Of a DNA stretch of 52,716 nt, positions 30,529 to 40,409 are shown piece after piece (position 1 is the stretch's first letter; every line of letters begins with the position of its first letter). The position numbers were made by a program, and so were the translations under genes. Under the pieces are notes generated by a model that ran no database searches, was not told where the DNA came from, and saw only the letters and a program-made list of their open reading frames with translations. The DNA is from Ilumatobacter sp. (GTDB lineage Bacteria; Actinomycetota; Acidimicrobiia; Acidimicrobiales; Ilumatobacteraceae), in NCBI GenBank assembly GCA_041596155.1, contig JBFHJC010000001.1, positions 1-52,716 on the forward strand. Reading direction: 5' to 3'.

Positions 30529-30577
30529 CGGCGCGATTCAAGCACGACGGTCCGCCGACAGCGTGAGCGGTGGAGAT

Positions 30578-30666
30578 AAATCCGATGAATTTGATCGGAA
30601 TTGTCTTGAATCACTGCTCGCCGGTCGGTATCGTCGCGGCGAAACCTGACCGATCAGATCGGATTT
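30578..30666 (+). promoter_or_regulatory. cys operon promoter with two CymR/Rrf2-like 25-bp boxes
   Basis: AAATCCGATGAATTTGATCGGAATT (30578-30602) and AAACCTGACCGATCAGATCGGATTT (30642-30666) flank TTGAAT-N17-TATCGT (30606-30634). Confidence 0.6.
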
Positions 30667-30672
30667 CACTCG

Positions 30673-31368
30673 ATGGCCCCCCTCCCGACACCTGCGACGA
30701 ACGTGGCGCTGCGGCGCCGACCCGCCCTCGACGAGGACGGCGTTCGCGCCGCCAATGAACGGCTCGCGACCGCCGGCCCGGCCGCCATCGTGGGGTGGGC
30801 GCGCGAGCGGTTCGGTGACCGGCTCGTGCTCACCGCCTCGTTCGCCGACACGACGCTGATCGACATCGCGACCGCCGTGGCGCCCGATGTCGAGGTCGTG
30901 TTCCTCGACACCGGCTTCCACTTCGCCGAGACGATGGCGACCGTCAGACGGGCGATGGAGCGCTATCGCCTGAACCTGACCGTGCTGCGGCCTGCGGCCG
31001 ACGCGGCCGACGTCTGGGCCGACGGTGTCGAGGCGTGCTGCGCGTCGCGCAAGGTCGACCCGCTCGATCGCTACCTCGGCGGTCGGGCCGACGCATGGCT
31101 CAGCGGGCTGCGACGGGCCGACGACCCGGGCCGGGCCGACGCGCCGATCGTGTCGATCGACCGGCGCGGGCTCGTGAAGGTGAACCCGATTGCCGCGATG
31201 ACCGACGCCGAGCACGAGACCTACGCATCGGAGCACGGCGTGATCGTCAACCCGCTCACGTTCGACGGGTACGCGTCGATCGGCTGCTGGCCGTGCACCG
31301 AGCCGTCCGACGGCCGGTCCGGGCGCTGGGCCGGGAGCGGCAAGACCGAGTGTGGGTTGCACCTGTGA
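30673..31368 (+). CDS. cysH: APS/PAPS reductase (Fe-S type)
   Basis: FLDTGFHF.ET, CC..RK, W.SGLRR, GY.SIGCWPCT, C-terminal ECGLH. Confidence 0.92.
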   Translation: MAPLPTPATNVALRRRPALDEDGVRAANERLATAGPAAIVGWARERFGDRLVLTASFADTTLIDIATAVAPDVEVVFLDTGFHFAETMATVRRAMERYRLNLTVLRPAADAADVWADGVEACCASRKVDPLDRYLGGRADAWLSGLRRADDPGRADAPIVSIDRRGLVKVNPIAAMTDAEHETYASEHGVIVNPLTFDGYASIGCWPCTEPSDGRSGRWAGSGKTECGLHL

Positions 31369-32006
31369 ATGCGGCGCCACACCCCTACCCGGTCAACCTC
31401 GATCTGCGCGGGCGGCGGGCGCTCGTCGTCGGTGGCGGTCCGGTCGCGGCCCGCAAGGTCGCCGGCCTGCTGCGGGCGGGTGCGATCGTGACCGTCGTCG
31501 CCCTCGAGGCGGTCCCCGAGATCGCCGGCGACCCGGACGTGCGCTGGCATCGGCGGCCGTATCGGCGCGGCGAGGTCGCCTCCTACCGGCTCGCGATCAC
31601 CGCGACCGACGACGCGGACGTCAACGCCCAGGTCGCCCGGGACGGCGACGCCGCCAACGTCTTCGTGAACTCGGCCGACGACCCGGCCAACTGCTCGTTC
31701 ACCCTGCCGGCCGTCGTACGTCGCGGCGATCTCCAGCTCACGGTCTCGACCGGCGGGCGCAGCCCGGCGTTCGCGGCGTGGGTGCGCCGGCAGCTCGAGC
31801 GTCAGTACACCGACGTCCACGTCGCGGTCCTCGACGTCGTCAGCGACGTGCGCGCCGAGCTGCGCGACCGTCGCGGCACGACGGAGGTCGACGGCTGGGA
31901 CACCGCACTGCACGACGGGATCGTCACCCTCGTCGCGAGCGGCCGCGCCGACGAGGCGCGCCGCCACCTCCGTTCCGCCCTCGGTCTCGAAGGAGTCAGC
32001 TCATGA
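31365..32006 (+). CDS. Precorrin-2 dehydrogenase/sirohydrochlorin ferrochelatase (CysG N-terminal module)
   Basis: YPVNL.L.GRRALVVGGGPVAARKV, VNSADDP.NCSF, VSTGGRSP. GTGA overlap with cysH. Confidence 0.9.
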   Translation: MNAAPHPYPVNLDLRGRRALVVGGGPVAARKVAGLLRAGAIVTVVALEAVPEIAGDPDVRWHRRPYRRGEVASYRLAITATDDADVNAQVARDGDAANVFVNSADDPANCSFTLPAVVRRGDLQLTVSTGGRSPAFAAWVRRQLERQYTDVHVAVLDVVSDVRAELRDRRGTTEVDGWDTALHDGIVTLVASGRADEARRHLRSALGLEGVSS

Positions 32007-32761
32007 CCGTTCACCTCGTCGGCGCCGGCCCCGGCGATCCCGACCTGCTCACCCTCCGCGCCGCTTCGCTGCTGGCGCGCGCCGACGTCATCGTCCACGA
32101 CCGGTTGGTCGACGGGCGACTGCTGGCGTCCGGCGCGCCCTGGGCGGAGGTGATCGACGTCGGCAAGACGCCGGGGTCGCGCCGCAACAGCCAAGCCGAG
32201 ATCAACGCGATCCTCGTCGACCGCGGCAGGCGATTCGACACCGTCGTGCGACTCAAGGGTGGCGACCCGTTCGTCTTCGGTCGCGGTGGCGAGGAGGCCG
32301 AGGCGCTGCGCGCCGCCGGTCTCGACGTCGAGGTCGTGCCCGGCATCAGCTCGGCGATCGCCGCGCCCGCAGCCGCCGGCATCCCGGTCACGATGCGCGG
32401 CGTCGCCAGCGGGGTCACGATCGTCACCGCGCATCAGGAGTCCGGCACCGACCGGTCGATCGACTGGGGGGCCCTCGCACGCTGCGGGACGACGCTCGTC
32501 GTGCTGATGGGCGCAGCGCGCGCCAGGTCGATCGGCAGCCGCCTGATCGCCGGCGGCATGTCGCCCGCGACGCCGGTGGCGATCGTCACCGCGGCGACCT
32601 GCACCGACGAGTGCGTCGAGCGCACCACGCTCGCGCAGCTCGGCGAGCGTGCCGTCCGCAACCCGTCCACCATCGTCATCGGCGAGATCGCAGCCCGCGA
32701 CGTGCTGCGTGACGTGCCCGAGCTCGCCGTGCTCACCGCGTCCCACGAGGAGACGTCATGA
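32003..32761 (+). CDS. cobA: Uroporphyrinogen-III C-methyltransferase
   Basis: VHLVGAGPGDPDLLT, VRLKGGDPFVFGRGGEE, VPGISS. ATGA overlap. Confidence 0.93.
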   Translation: MTVHLVGAGPGDPDLLTLRAASLLARADVIVHDRLVDGRLLASGAPWAEVIDVGKTPGSRRNSQAEINAILVDRGRRFDTVVRLKGGDPFVFGRGGEEAEALRAAGLDVEVVPGISSAIAAPAAAGIPVTMRGVASGVTIVTAHQESGTDRSIDWGALARCGTTLVVLMGAARARSIGSRLIAGGMSPATPVAIVTAATCTDECVERTTLAQLGERAVRNPSTIVIGEIAARDVLRDVPELAVLTASHEETS

Positions 32762-34584
32762 CCATCGTCGAACGATCCCGGACCGACGGGCACGGCATCG
32801 GCGTGCTGCCGCGCGAGCGTTGGGAGCCGGCCCAGGTGGCCGACATCGAGAAGTTCCGCGAGCAGCTCGGCCGGTACCTCTCGGGCGAGCTGTCCGACGA
32901 CGTGTTCCGAGTGTTCCGCCTCACCAACGGCGTCTACGGCCAACGCCAGGGCGGCACCAACCAGATGGTGCGCGTCAAGGTGCCGTACGGCTCGATGACG
33001 CCGGAGCAGCTGGAGATGATGGCGTTCGTCGCCGAGCGCTACAGCCGCGGCTGGGGACACATCACGACCCGTCAGAACCTCCAGTTCCACTTCATCGAGC
33101 TGACCGAGATCCCCGAGGTCATGGAGCACCTGGCGTCGGTCGGGTTGACGAGCCGCGAGGCGTGCGGCGACACGATCCGCAACGTCCAGGGCTGCCACCT
33201 CGCCGGCGCGTGCCCGCAGGAGGTGCTCGACATCACCCAGTGGGCCGAGGCGACGTATCGCCACTTCGTGCGTAACCCGCTCGGTCAGCGACTACCGCGG
33301 AAGTTCAAGATCAACTTTTCGGGCTGCTCCACCGACTGCGGGCAGGCGATGTTCAACGACGCGGGCGTCGTGGCCGTCACGCGCACGAACGCGGACGGGC
33401 AGGTGGAGCGCGGCTTCCGGGTGTACCTCGCCGGCGGGCTCGGGGCGACACCGCATCCGGCGCTGGCGCTCGAGGAGTTCACACCACGAGAGGAGTTGCT
33501 TCCGACGATCGAGTCGATCCTGCGGGTCTTCGATCAGGCCGGCAATCGCGACAACAAGCTGCGGGCCCGGATGAAGTGGCTGATCGACACCCTCGGTTTC
33601 GAGGAGGTGCAGCGGCGCGTGCTGGCGACACGGAGGTTCCTGCTGGCCTCGGCGACCTGGCCGGGCGGGATCCCCGACGAGGTGCGCCGCCACGGCGACG
33701 ACCCGGCCGGCGTGACCGCCGACGGCGAGGTGACGCCGATCGGGCAGGGCGTCGACGCCACGCCGGTCAGCGTCGGCGGGTTGTCGCCGTACGTGCGCTG
33801 GCACCACGCCAACGTCGTGCGCGGTGTCGCACGGGGAACCGTCAGCGCCTACGCCCACGCGGCGCTCGGCGACATCACCGCCGAGCAGTTCCGTGCGCTC
33901 GCCGCGGTGCAGCGCGAGCTCGGCGCGAGCGTGCGGCTCACGAATCGCCAGAACGTCGTGTTCCGCGACCTCGCCGACGACCAGCTGCCCGTCCTGTTCG
34001 CCCGGCTCGAGACGATCGGCATGGCACAACCCGGCGCCGAGCTGTCGCGGGACGTCGTCGCGTGCCCGGGCGCCGACACCTGCAACCTGGCGGTCACCCA
34101 GAGCCGCGGTCTCGCCAAGGCGATCGGCGAGCGGCTCGAGGAGGAGGGTCTCGCCGACGTCGGCGGGGTGCGCATCAACATCTCCGGGTGCAGCAACAGC
34201 TGCGGTCAGCATCACGCCGCCGACATCGGATTCTTCGGCGCCGAGCGGCGCGTCGGCGGTCGTTCGGCGCCCGGGTACCAGATGCTGCTCGGCGGCTACG
34301 TGGGCCAGGAGAGGATCCATTTCGGTGACAAGGCGTTGCGGCTGCCGGCGAAGCACGCCGCCGAGGGAGCCGTGCGGGTCATCCGGCGCTTCGCCGATGA
34401 GCGCGCCGCGGGGGAGACGTTCCGAGCGTGGCTCGAGCGCGCCGGCGGCGCGGTCGGTCTGGCCGGGGAGCTGGCCGACCTCGACGCGTTCCCGGCGTTC
34501 GAGGAGCGCCCCGACTTCTACGTCGACTACGGAGAGACCGGCCCGTACGTCGCCGAGGTCGGCGCGAGCGAGTGCGCCACCTGA
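32758..34584 (+). CDS. Siroheme ferredoxin-dependent sulfite/nitrite reductase (probably sulfite, from context)
   Basis: HITTRQN.Q, LPRKFKI..SGC, CPG..TC....T.S and ISGC.NSCGQH siroheme-4Fe4S Cys set. In an operon with cysH. Confidence 0.9.
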   Translation: MTIVERSRTDGHGIGVLPRERWEPAQVADIEKFREQLGRYLSGELSDDVFRVFRLTNGVYGQRQGGTNQMVRVKVPYGSMTPEQLEMMAFVAERYSRGWGHITTRQNLQFHFIELTEIPEVMEHLASVGLTSREACGDTIRNVQGCHLAGACPQEVLDITQWAEATYRHFVRNPLGQRLPRKFKINFSGCSTDCGQAMFNDAGVVAVTRTNADGQVERGFRVYLAGGLGATPHPALALEEFTPREELLPTIESILRVFDQAGNRDNKLRARMKWLIDTLGFEEVQRRVLATRRFLLASATWPGGIPDEVRRHGDDPAGVTADGEVTPIGQGVDATPVSVGGLSPYVRWHHANVVRGVARGTVSAYAHAALGDITAEQFRALAAVQRELGASVRLTNRQNVVFRDLADDQLPVLFARLETIGMAQPGAELSRDVVACPGADTCNLAVTQSRGLAKAIGERLEEEGLADVGGVRINISGCSNSCGQHHAADIGFFGAERRVGGRSAPGYQMLLGGYVGQERIHFGDKALRLPAKHAAEGAVRVIRRFADERAAGETFRAWLERAGGAVGLAGELADLDAFPAFEERPDFYVDYGETGPYVAEVGASECAT

Positions 34585-34718
34585 CGCCCGACCACAGCGA
34601 ACCGGTTGAGGCCGTGGGTTCGTGGCAGGTATCTGGACGGCCCCGGTCGAGGCGGCTGCCGCAGCATCGGAGCGCAGGTTGGATCAAGCGGACGGTGCCG
34701 TCGATCTAGATTCCGGGG

Positions 34719-37652
34719 ATGCTCCGGGCGACGGCCATCGCCGTGATCGCGGCGACGGTCCTCGTGGCGTGCACGTCCGACGGCGACCGCGACAACGCGA
34801 CCACCTCGACCACCGCGGGCGATGCCGAGGAACCGCCGACGTCGGCCGCGTTCGAGGCCGCTGACGCGCCGGTCCCGGGCAGGGTGCCGCTGCCGGGGTT
34901 GCTCGACATGACGGACGAGCGGCTGCCCGACGACCCCGCGGTCCGCACCGGCACCCTCGGCAACGGGCTGCGCTACTACGTGCGCAACAACGACAACCCC
35001 GGGGGCAAGGCGGAGCTGCGGCTGGCCGTCGACGCAGGGAGCGTCGACGAGCTCGGCCCGACCACGGGGGTCGCCCACTTCGTCGAACACATGCTCTTCA
35101 ACGGCACCGAGGCGTTCCCCGAGAACGAATTGATCGACGTCCTGCGTTCGTTCGGCGCCTCGTTCGGAGCCGACATCAACGCGTTCACGAGCTTCGACGA
35201 GACCGTGTACTCCCTGACGGTGCCGAGCGCCGACCAGACGGTCGAGCTCGGGCTCACCATCCTCGACCAGTGGCTGTCGCACGCGACGATCGACGAGGAG
35301 CAGGTGGTGGCCGAGCGGGGCGTCGTGCTCGACGAGTGGCGCGTCCGGACCCAGAGCACCGACGGCCGGCTGTTCGACGTCGCCGAAGACCTCTATCTCA
35401 CCGGCTCGCCCTACGCCGGGCGCTCGCCGATCGGGACACCCGGCTCGATCACGGTCATGGAGCGGTCCGTGCTGCGCGAGTTCTACGAGAGCTGGTACCG
35501 CCCCGACAACGCCGCGGTCGTCGTCGTGGGTGACATCGACGTCGAGGGCGTCGAAGCCGACCTCGAGCGGATATTCGGCGATCGACCGGCCCCCGACGCG
35601 GAACTGCCGCCGCGGTCCGACGCCTCGTTCGACGTCGACACGACGCCCGACTTCGCCCTTCACGCGGATCCCGACCAGAGCACGGTCGACGTCGAGGTGA
35701 CGCTGCCGCTCCCCGCGATGCCGGCCGGCGGCACGCTCGCGGCGCGGGCCGCGCTGATCGACGCCATGATCTACCGGGCGCTGATCGAGCGGCTGCGGTT
35801 CGACGTCGCCGACGGCACCGCGCCCTTCGACGACGTCACCCAGGGCACGAACAGCTTCGTCGCAACGCTCGATGCTCCTGCCCTCTACGCATTCACCGAC
35901 GCGGATCGGGTCGACGACACGCTGCGCGCGCTGCTCGACGAGTACGAGCGCGCCAACCGGTTCGGGTTCACCGAGGAGGAGGTCGACGTGGCACGCCGGA
36001 CGATCCGGGCTGCGCTCGACAGTCGGCACGACGGTCGCGACAGCACCCAGGACGCGGTCTTCGCCGACGAGTACGTTGCTGACTTCCTGACCGGTGCCGG
36101 CTTCCCGTCGATCGACGACGAGTACGACGCCGTCGTCGAACTGCTCGACGCCGTCACCGCCGCCGCGCTCGACCGGCGGTTCCGCGCCCGCTGGACCAAC
36201 AGTGCACCGCACGTGATCATCTCCACGCCGGAGGCCGACTCGACCCGCATGCCCAGCCGTGACGAGGTGCTCACGATGATCGGCGCGGCCACCGACGCCG
36301 AGCTCAGCCGACGCGACGAGCGAGGCGATCTCCCCGATGCCCTCATGGAACGCCCGGCCGGTGTCGAACCGGGGTCGGTCGAGCTGCTGCTCCCGTTCGA
36401 CGACCCGCTCCTCGACCCGGTCGAGCTCACGTTCCCCAACACGGTCCGGGTGATCCTCAACAGCAACGACATCGTCGCCGGGCGAGTGTTCATGCAGGCC
36501 CGCAGCCCCGGCGGCACGTCGCTCGTCGAGGACGGCGACGTCGTCGACGCGCTCTACGCGACGGAGGTGGTGCTCTCGAGCGGCGTCGCCGACTTCAACC
36601 GCAGCGAGCTCGACCGGATCATCGCCGGCGAGGACGTCCAGCTCGACGCGTGGCTCACCCCCTACGACGAGAACTTCGCCGGCGTCGCGTCGTCCGCCGA
36701 CGTCGAGGTCCTGTTCCAGCTGGTCCACCTCTACATGACGCGCCCGCGATTCGACCCCGTCGCGCTGAACCAGGTGCGGAGCCGGGTCGGCCCGGTCGTC
36801 GCCGACCCTGCCTCCGATGCCGTTGCGACCAGCGAGGACGCGATCGCCGACCTCCGATACCCGGGAGAGCTCAGATACGCGGTGCTCCCCGAGCCGGCGC
36901 AGTTCGACACGCTCGATGTCGCCGGGGTCGAGCGAGTCTGGCGCGACCGATTCGGCAATGCGTCCGAGTGGGTGTTCGTGTTCAGCGGCGACCTCGACAT
37001 CGACGAGCTGACCGAGCTCGCCGGCTCATACCTCGGCGGCCTGCCAGACGGCGGTTCGGAGACGTGGATCGACGTCGAGGACCCGCCACCGACGGCGCCG
37101 GTCACCGAGATCCGGCGGGCGGGAACGGGCGACACCGCCTCGGTGACGCTGCTGTTCACCAGCCCGATCGACGACGTCGACGCCCGGCTCCGCGCCAACG
37201 CGGCCGTCGCCGGCGAGATCATCTCGGCGCGGCTCACCGACGTGGTGCGCGAGCGGCTCGGAGACACCTACTCGCCGTTCGCACTGACGCACGTGACCGT
37301 CGACCCCGACCCGGTCGTCGAGACCGTCGTGTCCGTCACCGGTGCTCCCGACCGTGTCGAGACCATCGGCGCGCTGGTGATCGCCGAGCTCGCCGATCTC
37401 GCGGCGGCCGGGCCGACGCCCTCAGAGTTCTTCAACGCCGCTGCACAGGTCGAAGAGAGCTACCGGTTCGTCGACAACGGATCGTTCCTCGCCGAGCTGC
37501 TCGACGACGCGACCCATCCGGCGCTCGAGCTCGACGATTACCTGCTGGAGCCCGGCGAGCTCTCGAGCGTCACCGAGGCGACCGTCCGCAAGTACGTGGC
37601 GACGCACGTTCCAGCCGGCGCGTACATCCAGGTGACCGTGCTCCCGCGCTGA
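34719..37652 (+). CDS. M16 (insulinase/PqqL-like) zinc metallopeptidase lipoprotein
   Basis: Lipobox LVAC, GTL.NGLRYY, AHFVEHMLFNGT (HxxEH), NAFTSFDETVY, ERGVV..EWR, WYRPDN. Confidence 0.92.
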   Translation: MLRATAIAVIAATVLVACTSDGDRDNATTSTTAGDAEEPPTSAAFEAADAPVPGRVPLPGLLDMTDERLPDDPAVRTGTLGNGLRYYVRNNDNPGGKAELRLAVDAGSVDELGPTTGVAHFVEHMLFNGTEAFPENELIDVLRSFGASFGADINAFTSFDETVYSLTVPSADQTVELGLTILDQWLSHATIDEEQVVAERGVVLDEWRVRTQSTDGRLFDVAEDLYLTGSPYAGRSPIGTPGSITVMERSVLREFYESWYRPDNAAVVVVGDIDVEGVEADLERIFGDRPAPDAELPPRSDASFDVDTTPDFALHADPDQSTVDVEVTLPLPAMPAGGTLAARAALIDAMIYRALIERLRFDVADGTAPFDDVTQGTNSFVATLDAPALYAFTDADRVDDTLRALLDEYERANRFGFTEEEVDVARRTIRAALDSRHDGRDSTQDAVFADEYVADFLTGAGFPSIDDEYDAVVELLDAVTAAALDRRFRARWTNSAPHVIISTPEADSTRMPSRDEVLTMIGAATDAELSRRDERGDLPDALMERPAGVEPGSVELLLPFDDPLLDPVELTFPNTVRVILNSNDIVAGRVFMQARSPGGTSLVEDGDVVDALYATEVVLSSGVADFNRSELDRIIAGEDVQLDAWLTPYDENFAGVASSADVEVLFQLVHLYMTRPRFDPVALNQVRSRVGPVVADPASDAVATSEDAIADLRYPGELRYAVLPEPAQFDTLDVAGVERVWRDRFGNASEWVFVFSGDLDIDELTELAGSYLGGLPDGGSETWIDVEDPPPTAPVTEIRRAGTGDTASVTLLFTSPIDDVDARLRANAAVAGEIISARLTDVVRERLGDTYSPFALTHVTVDPDPVVETVVSVTGAPDRVETIGALVIAELADLAAAGPTPSEFFNAAAQVEESYRFVDNGSFLAELLDDATHPALELDDYLLEPGELSSVTEATVRKYVATHVPAGAYIQVTVLPR

Positions 37653-37658
37653 CCGGCC

Positions 37659-38489
37659 TCAGAGCTCGACCTCGCCGACGACGCACGTCGAGACGTCGCC
37701 GCCGACCCAGATCGTGCCGTCCCCGTCGCGCTCGAGAAAGACCTGACCGGCACGGCCGAGCACGGTGCCCTGGCGGGCGACGTAGGTGCGCAGCGTCGGG
37801 TCACGCTGCATCAGCCACATCGCGACCGACGCGTTGAGGCTCCCGGTGACCGGGTCCTCGAGCATCGCTCCGGGTCCGGGGAAGAACGCCCGCAGCTCGA
37901 ACGCGTGGTCGTCCGACGGCTCGGCCGGGGCGACGAGTCCGAGGAACAGGTCGCGATCGGGGCCGAACCGTGGCGCCGCACGCAGGACGTCTGCGGCGCT
38001 CGGCAGCAGCGCCGCGACCCAGCCCGGTCCGTTGTCGACCCACGCCGCATCGACGATCTCGAGATCGAGGATCGACTCGATCCGGGCGCGGAGCGCGTCG
38101 TCGACCGGGCCGGAACGCACCAGCGGCGGCGCCGCGAACGCGAGTCGGTCACCGGTGGCCCGGATGCGCACCTTGCCGACGCCGCACTGCTGGACGACGA
38201 CGTCTGGCTCGCCGGGCTTGCCGCCCTCGTCGAGCCAGGCCCGGCACGTCCCGAGGGTCGGGTGTCCGGCGAAGGGCAGCTCGGCGGTCGGGGTGAAGAT
38301 CCGCACCCGGTAGTCGGCCGTCGGGTCGGTCGGCGGCAGCAGGAACGTCGTCTCGGACAGGTTCATCCAGTTCGCGAAGCGCTGCATGTCGGCGTCCGAG
38401 AGATCGTCGCCGTCGACGACGACGGCCAACGGGTTGCCGCGGTACGGGACGGCCGTGAACACGTCGACCAGGCGGAGTCGGCGCAGCAT
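37659..38489 (-). CDS. PhzF-family isomerase/epimerase
   Basis: VDVFT..PY.GNPLAV, NLSETTF, ELPFAGHPTLG, EDPVTGS. Confidence 0.92.
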   Translation of the reverse strand: MLRRLRLVDVFTAVPYRGNPLAVVVDGDDLSDADMQRFANWMNLSETTFLLPPTDPTADYRVRIFTPTAELPFAGHPTLGTCRAWLDEGGKPGEPDVVVQQCGVGKVRIRATGDRLAFAAPPLVRSGPVDDALRARIESILDLEIVDAAWVDNGPGWVAALLPSAADVLRAAPRFGPDRDLFLGLVAPAEPSDDHAFELRAFFPGPGAMLEDPVTGSLNASVAMWLMQRDPTLRTYVARQGTVLGRAGQVFLERDGDGTIWVGGDVSTCVVGEVEL

Positions 38490-38520
38490 GACCGCATCCT
38501 GCCCGGCCGCGAGCCGGTTG

Positions 38521-39057
38521 TCACTTCATGTTGGCGGCGGTGACCGTGCGCTGGCTCACCTCGACGAGGTCGCCGGCGCGCACCTCGAACGAGACGACGT
38601 GCTCGACGGCGTGGCCTCCCGACCGGGCTCGTCCCGACACCACGTCGAGCGCGGTGCCGTCGACCAAGGGCAGCAGGGCTACGGCTCGGAAGCCGTCCTC
38701 GACGCCGGGGCTCGACCGCTTGTCCTCGCGGAGCAGCAGGCCGGAGTCCCACACCCAGACGTCGTCGACGCTGACGAACCGGCAGCGGTGGCTCGTGCGT
38801 GACTTCGTCACGATCGCGCCGGGGCACACGATGACGTCCCCTTCGACCCACGGCAGCACGCCGAGCCCGTCGCGCCCGAAGCCGATCTCGAAGGCGCGGG
38901 CGATGATCGCGTCCTCGTCGCCCTGCCCGATCGCCCGCTCGATCTGCACCTGGCGCACCGCCTCCGCGACGCCGTGCAGGTCGTCCGCCGACATGTCGCG
39001 CAGCGACGCGATCAGGCGCGCTGCGTCCGTCGCTGTGTCCGTCGCTCCGTCCGTCAC
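38521..39057 (-). CDS. Hypothetical protein (~178 aa)
   Basis: The C-terminal part of track ORF 38521..40335 has a protein-like composition and fills the gap between phzF and the ADH. GTG start inferred. Confidence 0.7.
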   Translation of the reverse strand: MTDGATDTATDAARLIASLRDMSADDLHGVAEAVRQVQIERAIGQGDEDAIIARAFEIGFGRDGLGVLPWVEGDVIVCPGAIVTKSRTSHRCRFVSVDDVWVWDSGLLLREDKRSSPGVEDGFRAVALLPLVDGTALDVVSGRARSGGHAVEHVVSFEVRAGDLVEVSQRTVTAANMK

Positions 39058-39129
39058 CCCATCAGGATGGTGGCTACAGTCCCGAACGCAACCTATTCGC
39101 CGAACTGCCTGATCCGTGGGGGGTCTGCC

Positions 39130-40251
39130 ATGAGGACACGAGCCGCCGTCTTGCGCGAGCTGAACACGCCCTGGAGCGTCGAGGAGATCGAGCTCGATCC
39201 GCCGAAGCACAACGAGGTGCTGGTGAAGATGGTCGCCTCGGGCATGTGCCACTCCGACGAGCACGCCATGGACGGTCACATCGCCGGTCTCGTCCCGGCC
39301 CCGCCGATGATCGGCGGCCACGAAGGCGCCGGCATCGTCCAGGAGGTCGGCGAGGGCGTCGACTGGCTCGAACCGGGCGACCATGTCGTGTTCGGCTTCA
39401 TTCCCGCCTGTGGCCGCTGCCCCTCCTGCGCCGAGGGCCACTCGAACCTGTGCGACCTGCTCGCCACGTTCGCAGAGGGCACCCAGGCCCTCGACGGGAC
39501 CCACCGCCATCACACGCTCGACGGCCACGACCTCGGGCTGATGTGCCTGATCGGCACGTTCGCCGAGCACACGGTCGTGAACGAGGCGAGCTGCATCAAG
39601 GTCGACAAGGACTGGCCACTCGACAAGGGCTGCCTGCTCGGCTGTGGCGTCGTGACCGGGTGGGGCTCTGCGGTCTACACCGCCGAGGTCGAGCCCGGCG
39701 ACTATGTCGCCGTCGTCGGATGCGGTGGCATCGGGTCCAATGCCATCCAGGGCGCCAGGATGGCCGGGGCGCGCGTCATCGCCGCGATCGACCCGGTCGA
39801 GTTCAAGCGCGAGAAGGCGATGGAGTTCGGCGCCACCCACACCTTCGCGTCGATGGCCGAGGCGCAAGCAGCCCTCGGCGACGTCACCTGGGATCGCGGA
39901 TACGACAAGGTCATCATGACGATGGGTACCGGCGACGCAGACTCGCTGGGCGAGGGCTTCAACCTGGGCGGCAAGCGAGCCAAGATCGTCGTCACCAACC
40001 TGCACTCGACCAGCGAGGGCAGCATCTCGGTACCGGCGATCATGCTCACGATGTTCGAGAAGCAGCTCCGCGGTTCGCTGTTCGGATCGGCCAACATCCG
40101 CAAGGACATCCCGCGGTTGTTCGAGCTGTACCTGCAGGGTCAGCTCAACCTCGACGACCTCGTGACCAAGACGTACACCCTCGACCAGATCAACGAGGGA
40201 TACGAGGCGATGCGCAGCGGCGAGAACATCCGCGGCGTGATCGTGTTCTGA
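39130..40251 (+). CDS. Zinc-dependent (MDR) alcohol dehydrogenase, resembling the NDMA-dependent nicotinoprotein group
   Basis: GMCHSDEH, GHEGAG, CGRCPSC..G..NLC, LLGCGV.TGWGS, GCGGIG, GSLFGSAN...DIP.L..LY..G.L.LD.LVT..Y.L.QINEGY. Confidence 0.88.
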   Translation: MRTRAAVLRELNTPWSVEEIELDPPKHNEVLVKMVASGMCHSDEHAMDGHIAGLVPAPPMIGGHEGAGIVQEVGEGVDWLEPGDHVVFGFIPACGRCPSCAEGHSNLCDLLATFAEGTQALDGTHRHHTLDGHDLGLMCLIGTFAEHTVVNEASCIKVDKDWPLDKGCLLGCGVVTGWGSAVYTAEVEPGDYVAVVGCGGIGSNAIQGARMAGARVIAAIDPVEFKREKAMEFGATHTFASMAEAQAALGDVTWDRGYDKVIMTMGTGDADSLGEGFNLGGKRAKIVVTNLHSTSEGSISVPAIMLTMFEKQLRGSLFGSANIRKDIPRLFELYLQGQLNLDDLVTKTYTLDQINEGYEAMRSGENIRGVIVF

Positions 40252-40259
40252 CGTTCTCG

Positions 40260-40294
40260 GGCGCAGCCGACCGGCGAGCCCGGTCGGCTGCGCC
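40260..40294 (+). terminator. GC hairpin after the ADH gene
   Basis: ggcgcagccgaccgg-cgagc-ccggtcggctgcgcc, a 15-bp stem with no U-tract. Confidence 0.55.
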
Positions 40295-40409
40295 TCCGTG
40301 CTCGCCGGCACCGCTTCGCTCTGCCGCTCGCCCACCTTGGGCCGGTGCCCACCTCCGGGCGGTCCCGACCCTCCCGTCGGAACGCCCTTCCGTTACGGTC
40401 CCGAGGCGT

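Noticed and set aside
32758-34584. Assimilatory nitrite reductase linked to nirK
   Set aside because: Operon context with cysH and siroheme genes favours a sulfite reductase, and it lies 22 kb from nirK.
37659-38489. Phenazine biosynthesis cluster
   Set aside because: A lone PhzF homolog with no phzA-E or phzG.
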